A stretch of DNA of 64,000 bases from Planctomycetota bacterium (GTDB lineage Bacteria > Planctomycetota > Planctomycetia > Pirellulales > UBA1268), in contig JAPOIM010000003.1 in the NCBI GenBank assembly GCA_029978905.1, positions 37,528 through 101,527 on the forward strand. The letters run 5' to 3'. Positions 56,586-64,000 of this stretch are shown piece by piece; position 1 is the stretch's first letter, and each line of letters starts with the position of its first letter. The position numbers were made by a program, and so were the translations under genes. The notes beneath the pieces are model-generated. The model was not told where the DNA came from, did no database searches, and saw only the letters and a list, made by a program, of their open reading frames with translations.

Positions 56586-57038
56586 TTATGCGTCCTCATC
56601 GCCGGGCGTGGGTGCCGGGGCATCGAGGTCTTTCTCCAGCAGCACCGAGTTGCCGCGATCGTTGTATTCGATGGTGGTCATGAAACTCCGCATCAGGAGC
56701 AGTCCACGGCCGCCGGGCATGTCGAGCCGGTCTTCACGGGTGCAGTCGGGCACCGTGTCTGGCTTGAAGCCCGGGCCCTCGTCGGTGACCCGGATACGGA
56801 CATGTCGCGGCGACACTTCGCAGGCGACGAGCACCTTTTTCTCCGGGTCGAGTTGGTTGCCATGCAGGATCGCGTTGACGATCGCTTCTTCGGCCGCCAG
56901 ATGCACGCCAAAGATGTCGGACTGTTCCCAGCCAAAACTCCCGAGCTTGGAAAGCAGTTCATCGAGCACGACACGGCTCGCACCCCTCTCGCTAGGGAGT
57001 GTGTAATCGTGCTGCCAGCTCTGGTGTTCGTGACTCAT
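56586..57038 (-). CDS. Anti-sigma factor Ser kinase (RsbW-like, HATPase_c_2)
   Basis: EEAIVNAILHGN, DEGPGF, GRGLLLMRSFM and YNDRGN. Confidence 0.88.
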   Translation of the reverse strand: MSHEHQSWQHDYTLPSERGASRVVLDELLSKLGSFGWEQSDIFGVHLAAEEAIVNAILHGNQLDPEKKVLVACEVSPRHVRIRVTDEGPGFKPDTVPDCTREDRLDMPGGRGLLLMRSFMTTIEYNDRGNSVLLEKDLDAPAPTPGDEDA

Positions 57039-57078
57039 CTCGTTGGGTCCCCGCTCCTCCGCCAGGCGACACAGGGGG

Positions 57079-57432
57079 CTAAAACGCCGCCAGTGCGTCT
57101 GCCTCATCGTCACGGATGTCGAATACCCGGTTGAGTTTTGTGACCTGGAAAACTTCCAGAATCTCGGGGCAGATGTTGCTGAGTTTGAGCCGGCCCTTCT
57201 TTCCCTTCACCTTCCGGTCGAGGGTGATCAGCTTGCCGAGAGCCGCGCTGCCGAGAAACTCAACGCCGTCAAAGTTGAGAAGAATCGACTTGCGATTGTC
57301 GAGATCGACGAGGCCGAAGAGTTCGGTACCAAACTCCTCGATCATCGATTCATCTAGGATCTTTTTGTCCTGGAAACGCACGAGGGTGACGTCGCCCGTC
57401 TTGGAGACATCAATTCGGCGGTACTGCGACAT
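57079..57432 (-). CDS. STAS-domain anti-anti-sigma factor (RsbV/SpoIIAA-like)
   Basis: LLNFDGVEFLGSAALGKLI and EVFQVTKL; real start is ATG 57432. Confidence 0.9.
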   Translation of the reverse strand: MSQYRRIDVSKTGDVTLVRFQDKKILDESMIEEFGTELFGLVDLDNRKSILLNFDGVEFLGSAALGKLITLDRKVKGKKGRLKLSNICPEILEVFQVTKLNRVFDIRDDEADALAAF

Positions 57433-57717
57433 CGTGGCTTCTCTTCTGCTGACAACACCGGAATTCGACGCCGCCGCGGCCCCCCAAGCGTCGGTCGACA
57501 ACCTGCGCAAGATCCGCCGGTCGCCATCGAACAGTGAGTAAGGTACCGCGTGGTCCCAGGGATTGCCACGCGGAACCGCCTTGCCGGGGCATTTCCTTGC
57601 ACAGCCGGCTGCCGCACTCCGCGGAAATGCCATTTCTGCTGCCAGTTTGGCAGCGACGGTCAACGGCCGACGGAAAAAGGAGTGGTTTTGTGCGAGAAAA
57701 CAGTTGGTTGCTGCTTT

Positions 57718-57733
57718 AGGCGCGCCACTTGCA
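57718..57733 (+). promoter_or_regulatory. Candidate sigma54 -24/-12 promoter upstream of groES
   Basis: AGGCGCGCCACTTGCA fits GG-N10-GC with TTGCA. Confidence 0.35.
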
Positions 57734-57947
57734 GTATCAGACCGCGTCCAGGCTGGAGGTGCCGGCCTGGCACCCCCGTTGGTTGTGGCGAAACGGCTGT
57801 CGGGGCGAAGGGATGTCGGCATCGCGCGTCGTTTTTGGGCCTGGCCCGAACGGCACGCGGTGACGCGAGTGGCCATGGATCTGGCTTGAGCCAACGTTTT
57901 CGATCGTTTCGAGCCCCTCACGAGAGAGAAGAAGAGGACCATCGAGC

Positions 57948-58277
57948 ATGTCAGCAACCGCTAAAAAGCCTGCCAAGACGGCGGCGGCCGCCAAACTGAT
58001 CCCCTTGGGTGACCGCGTGGTCGTGGAGCGGGAGGCGAGCGAGCAGAAGACCTCCGGCGGCATCCTGCTGCCTGATTCGGCCAAGGACAAGCCGGCCCGT
58101 GGCACCGTGGTGAGCGTCGGTGAAGGCAAGTTGGACGACAAGGGCGTGCGGCACGCACTGCAAGTCAAGCCAGGCGATCGCGTCGTGTTCACGAGCTACG
58201 CCGGCGAGCCCTTCAAGATCGGCGACGAAGAACTGCTGCTGATGCGTGAAGACGACATCCTCGCCGTTCTTGGCTAG
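57948..58277 (+). CDS. groES: Co-chaperonin GroES
   Basis: LIPLGDRVVV, KTSGGILLPDSAKDKP and MREDDILAV. Confidence 0.97.
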   Translation: MSATAKKPAKTAAAAKLIPLGDRVVVEREASEQKTSGGILLPDSAKDKPARGTVVSVGEGKLDDKGVRHALQVKPGDRVVFTSYAGEPFKIGDEELLLMREDDILAVLG

Positions 58278-58329
58278 GTCGACCCCCTTCCCAAACCATT
58301 CAACCAACAGACCAAAACAGGAGAGATGA

Positions 58330-59958
<1,629 letters not shown>

Positions 59959-60002
59959 TGCCGGCAACGGGATCAGTCAGCAGGATTCACCTGTGAAACA
60001 CG

Positions 60003-60037
60003 AACCGGGGCGGCCGCAAGGCTGCCCCGGTTTTTTT
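60003..60037 (+). terminator. Intrinsic terminator of groESL
   Basis: aaccggggcggcc-GCAA-ggctgccccggtt followed by a T run. Confidence 0.9.
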
Positions 60038-60187
60038 GTTGGAAGCTCTTGGCGAGAGCCAATACTTTTTTCCGTCAGGCCCCGTGCCACGTCCTTTCTC
60101 CGGAGCGACTTGAGTGTCGCCAGTCGCCACTGCATGCTGATGGCGCTTTTGGGGGAAAGGTTTCTCGGTTCTGCAAGGGGACAAACC

Positions 60188-63100
60188 ATGAGGGATCTGT
60201 TTGCGCGCGTTGGTCGTGATCATGGCAACGGAGCAGCTGTTCGCCGTCTGCGGCGACGAACGGGGCACGCGATCGGCAGAGGCTCCATCGTCGAGCGGCT
60301 TGAGCCGCGGCGAGCGCTCGCGATCACCGTGCCCGTTCAGGATCTCACGGGTCTCGATCCAGCCGAATACGACGTGTGGGTCACCGGGCATGGCATCCCG
60401 GGTTGGCAACCCGCCGGTCAAGATCCGCTGTATTTGATGGCCCTCGGGTCGACCGGATCATTCACACAGGTGGCGACAGCAATCGAGTCGGCGACCTCAA
60501 CGGGCACCACGGCGACGATCACCACGATGTCGCCGCATGGGCTGAAGTCGGGCGAGCAGGTGTTCATCGCCGGCGTCTCGCCAGACGGGTATGACGGTGT
60601 GTTTACGATCGCGTTTGAAAGTCCAACCAGCTTCTCGATCACAACGTCAGGGAGCAACCTTGGCGACGCCACCCCTCAGCAGGGCACCGTGTACGCCTCG
60701 TCGATGATTGCGACGCGTTCGATCTCGAGCGCAACCTCGTTGAGCTTTAATGCATTCCAAAGCACGGGTCTCGCGGAGTTCACGACGAGCGGTCCGCATG
60801 GCTTGTCGGTCGGCCAAGCGATTGAAGTCACGGGGATGACTCCTGATGGCTACAACGGCGTGTTCAGTGTGGCGCAGGTGCCATCGTCGACCACGTTTCA
60901 AGTGTCCTACGCGGCGCCAGCGGCACTCGCCGATGGCGCGGGTGGCACTCTGCAGTCGGTGGCGCTGCAGCCGATTCGCCTTTCGCAATTGACGGGCGAC
61001 ATCACGCTCGACGAGGGGCTCACCAACGTCTCAAGCAAACTGATCGTGTTCGTCACATCGGCGGGTTCGTCGCCAAGCGGCCTGCCGTTTAATGCCAACA
61101 CGGTAACGCCGACCGACCCACCGACCGCGCCCTACAGTCCGTCGCTGCTTGCGCCAGGATCGGTTTTCGACATCGTCGAGTTTGCGTATTTGCCGTGGGG
61201 TGCCACCACGGCGGAAAAAGACGCAAAGTTTGAGGCCACGATCACGACCACGCAGCCTCATGGCTTGAAGGCCGGTGATTCTGTCACGCTCTCGGGCGTT
61301 GTCGACGCAACGGGGTCGGCGATTGCTGGGTACAACAGCACCTTCACCGTGACCAGTATCGCTTCTCCGCTGCAGTTCACCTTTGAAGTGAGCTCGCTCC
61401 TGCCGGACGGTGGTTCGGGGAAGGCAGGCAGTGTGTCGATCTCGTCGGGCTTCTCCACGTTTGATGTGTCTGCGGTCGATGGCCTGACGATTCCGATGAC
61501 GCTCACGGCGAGCGAGGCCAAGCCGAGCATGGTCAACGGATCGCTGACCACGATCACCTCCGTTGGCATCCGGCTGGAGAGCGGCTTCAGCCGCGATGCG
61601 ATCGGGGCGGCGTTCACGGCCTTTATGCAGGCCGATCCGCTGGGGCATGTCGATGCACAGAACCCAGCCTCGCGCGATTTCACAAAGTTGCTCTACCAGT
61701 CGCAGGTGGAAGGCTCGCCGATCACCGGTGTTTCCGCGTCATGGTCAAACAACACGGCCACCTTCACTTACGGCTCGACGTCACCGATCCTGCAATACGA
61801 ATGGGTGGAGATCAGCGGCTTCACTGGCAGCGAGGTTGGGTTCAATGGACTCTTCCAAGTGCAGACCGCAACAGACACCGATTTCACGGTCACCAACACC
61901 CAAAGCTCCCTCACGACCGCCAGTGGTGGCACGGTCACGCCGGTGTTGTTTCAGGGGCCGTCACTCCCGGACAGCGAGTTTGTGGCGATCACAGCGCCCA
62001 AGGACTGGCTTGCCAATCAGGTGCCGTCTCCAACGAAAACGCCGCCTGGGCTCGCATCGCAGGATCCCCTGGCCACGTTTTGGGACGAGACGATCGAAAG
62101 CTTCTTTCAGAGCGGTAACTTCGTGAGCATCTACCTCGGAAAGGATCCTGCTTATCCGATTTACTCAGGATCTTCCGACGGCACGCAGTTCACGCTGAGC
62201 AACGGCCCCAACACGTTTCAATTCCCCAAGCCGACCGGTGGCTCGCTCGCCAACGCGATGTATGTGTGGTCGCAGGAAAACGCCCCAAGCGGAGATGCGG
62301 GGCTGCTGCAGGATCAGATCTGGCAGGCCCTTTGTCGTGGCGTGGCGCTCGACGGCGTGAGCGCGTCGTCGGTGACCAATGGCGAGAGCAGTACGGCGTG
62401 GAATGACAGCACGACTTGGTACACGCAGCACACGAGCACGGCATTCCCGACCTTTGAGTCGGTCTACGATCCGTATTCAAAGTTCCTGCATTATTCGACG
62501 CTTCAAGGCACCGTTGATACGACGGCGACGACGTCGATCTTCTTGCACAACGCGGCGTATGGGTTTGGCGAGGATGAGAACCCGATCGGCAATCCTTACA
62601 ACGGGCCGCTCGTGCCCTCCAAACTCGACGGCACTGTGTATGACGATTCGTCGGTGACAATCAGCCTCGCCCCGTGGACAACCCCGCCGCCGCCGACGAT
62701 TGTTTCTGGCGACTTCAATGGCGACGGGCTCACCGACATCGCCTCGCGGGACCAGGCGACGGGGATGTGGTCGGTGGCGCTGACCGCGGGAGATCCGACG
62801 ACTCCGCCCACGACCGTGCCGATGAGGGCCTGGTCGACGAAGTTCACCTACGACGACATCTCGGTGGGCGACTTCACCGGCGATGGAGTGGACGACATTG
62901 TTGGGCGTGACACAGTCGGGCGGTGGTGGCTGCTCGCGGACACCGGCAGCGGCTACACGAATACGATGATTGGCCGCTGGTCGGCCGATGTTGCCTGGAT
63001 CGACGTCGTCGTGGGCAACTTTGATGGCGACCCGGGTAACAAGGCAGACATTGCCGGCCGCACCCCGACCGGGATGTGGTGGTATCTGCACGACAGCGGC

Positions 63101-63802
63101 ACAACCACGCCGCAGTTTGTGAATGAGAAGATGGCCCGTTGGTCTGTTGGCACCGATGCGAAGCCGGTTGCATGGTCGGACATCGTGGTCGGCGACTTCG
63201 ACGGGGTGAACGATGGTCGCGATGAGATCGCGGGTCGCAACTCGTCTGGCCAGTGGTGGCTGCTCAGCTACGACACGACCACCTCCGCATGGGGGAACGA
63301 ACTGCTTGGTGGTTGGGCGACGAGCCAGCAGTGGGTGGATGTGGTGGCGGGGAAGTTTGACGATTCAGGACGGACCACGATTGCTGGCCGGACGGGGAGC
63401 GACGTGTGGTGGCTGCTTTCCTACGACACAGCCAAGGAGCAGTTCACAAACACGCGGATGGGGCGCTGGGCCGGCTCGGCGACGGCGTGGGGCAGCGTGG
63501 TGGTCGGCGACTTCGACGGCAACGGAGTGGACGACGTCGCGGGCCGAAATCTCACGAGCGGGTCGTGGAATGTGACGGGGCTCGTGAACGGGACCTACAC
63601 CACCCGCAACTTCACTTCCGGCGGTGGTGAGTGGCCAACCTCGAGCGCGTGGGCACTGGCGTTTGCGGGGCTCTACGACACGCAGGCCAAGGGACCGCCC
63701 GCCATGTGGGGGATCCTGGGCCGGTCGATCTCGGGTTCTTGGATTCGATCGCTCTCCGATGGCACCGCGTTCACAACGGAATCGGTGACCGGATACCCAT
63801 GA
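60188..63802 (+). CDS. Large extracellular protein: planctomycete LEPR motif + GH64/thaumatin-like region with inserted repeats + FG-GAP repeats
   Basis: ERLEPRRALA; FDIVEF...VSAVDGLTIPM...ALCRGVA...YSKFLH...AYGF; four HGL/GYNG-type repeats; repeated GDFxGDGxxDIAGR units. Confidence 0.75.
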   Translation: MRDLFARVGRDHGNGAAVRRLRRRTGHAIGRGSIVERLEPRRALAITVPVQDLTGLDPAEYDVWVTGHGIPGWQPAGQDPLYLMALGSTGSFTQVATAIESATSTGTTATITTMSPHGLKSGEQVFIAGVSPDGYDGVFTIAFESPTSFSITTSGSNLGDATPQQGTVYASSMIATRSISSATSLSFNAFQSTGLAEFTTSGPHGLSVGQAIEVTGMTPDGYNGVFSVAQVPSSTTFQVSYAAPAALADGAGGTLQSVALQPIRLSQLTGDITLDEGLTNVSSKLIVFVTSAGSSPSGLPFNANTVTPTDPPTAPYSPSLLAPGSVFDIVEFAYLPWGATTAEKDAKFEATITTTQPHGLKAGDSVTLSGVVDATGSAIAGYNSTFTVTSIASPLQFTFEVSSLLPDGGSGKAGSVSISSGFSTFDVSAVDGLTIPMTLTASEAKPSMVNGSLTTITSVGIRLESGFSRDAIGAAFTAFMQADPLGHVDAQNPASRDFTKLLYQSQVEGSPITGVSASWSNNTATFTYGSTSPILQYEWVEISGFTGSEVGFNGLFQVQTATDTDFTVTNTQSSLTTASGGTVTPVLFQGPSLPDSEFVAITAPKDWLANQVPSPTKTPPGLASQDPLATFWDETIESFFQSGNFVSIYLGKDPAYPIYSGSSDGTQFTLSNGPNTFQFPKPTGGSLANAMYVWSQENAPSGDAGLLQDQIWQALCRGVALDGVSASSVTNGESSTAWNDSTTWYTQHTSTAFPTFESVYDPYSKFLHYSTLQGTVDTTATTSIFLHNAAYGFGEDENPIGNPYNGPLVPSKLDGTVYDDSSVTISLAPWTTPPPPTIVSGDFNGDGLTDIASRDQATGMWSVALTAGDPTTPPTTVPMRAWSTKFTYDDISVGDFTGDGVDDIVGRDTVGRWWLLADTGSGYTNTMIGRWSADVAWIDVVVGNFDGDPGNKADIAGRTPTGMWWYLHDSGTTTPQFVNEKMARWSVGTDAKPVAWSDIVVGDFDGVNDGRDEIAGRNSSGQWWLLSYDTTTSAWGNELLGGWATSQQWVDVVAGKFDDSGRTTIAGRTGSDVWWLLSYDTAKEQFTNTRMGRWAGSATAWGSVVVGDFDGNGVDDVAGRNLTSGSWNVTGLVNGTYTTRNFTSGGGEWPTSSAWALAFAGLYDTQAKGPPAMWGILGRSISGSWIRSLSDGTAFTTESVTGYP

Positions 63803-63819
63803 TCAGGCAGCAGGACTGA

Positions 63820-63999
63820 TCAGCGACCAGTCTCCGGTGGCAGGAGGCGTGCGAGAAAAGTCTTCCAGAGGTCGGGCTCAAACACGCTGTGGATCTCTCG
63901 GCGGAAGGCCGCGGTGATCTCCACCTCGTCGGCAAAGCACTCCTCAAAGCAGCTGCGAAGGAGCTGGAGGTGCTCTGGGCTGTAGCTGTCGAAGTAGCA
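63820..63999 (-). CDS. 3' end of a hypothetical protein (partial)
   Basis: Open frame CYFDSYSPEHLQLLRSCFEE...LLPPETGR* entering from the window edge, convergent with the previous gene. Confidence 0.5.
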   Translation of the reverse strand, partial: CYFDSYSPEHLQLLRSCFEECFADEVEITAAFRREIHSVFEPDLWKTFLARLLPPETGR

Positions 64000-64000
64000 C

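Noticed and set aside
57433-57957. Long N-terminal extension of the STAS ORF
   Set aside because: It spans the divergent promoter region and overlaps groES; ATG 57432 gives a normal-length STAS protein.

Overview
High-GC bacterial DNA, almost certainly from a planctomycete: it carries DUF1559 prepilin-like proteins, three DUF1592/DUF1552 pairs, FG-GAP/ASPIC-UnbV proteins and an 'ERLEPRRALA' planctomycete extracellular motif. Housekeeping blocks lie at both ends. On the left are a partial Ni-SOD gene missing from the ORF track, a beta-CASP RNase/LOG/SDR unit, phoBR, an SNF2 ATPase and hemE/ccsA/hemA. On the right are a MacAB-like ABC exporter, tRNA-Asn, an anti-sigma/anti-anti-sigma pair and groES-groEL. 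The accessory region between them (~19.6-51.9 kb) holds the best candidate for an undescribed system. It combines a RaSEA/TIGR01210-like radical SAM enzyme, a flavin-dependent halogenase-like enzyme and an asparagine-synthase-like ATP pyrophosphatase that lacks the glutaminase Cys1. These sit between secreted FG-GAP/TPR/NHL proteins and two head-to-head cytochrome-c DUF1592/DUF1552 units, the second of which leads into a hydroxyproline epimerase/dehydrogenase/deaminase operon. Other notable features are a large secreted GH64/thaumatin-like protein apparently split by inserted beta-rich repeats, a 14-bp sigma54-like motif shared by both DUF1559 units, a 138-bp palindromic element and a membrane-domain/esterase fusion. 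All family calls come from motif recognition by eye; no searches were run.
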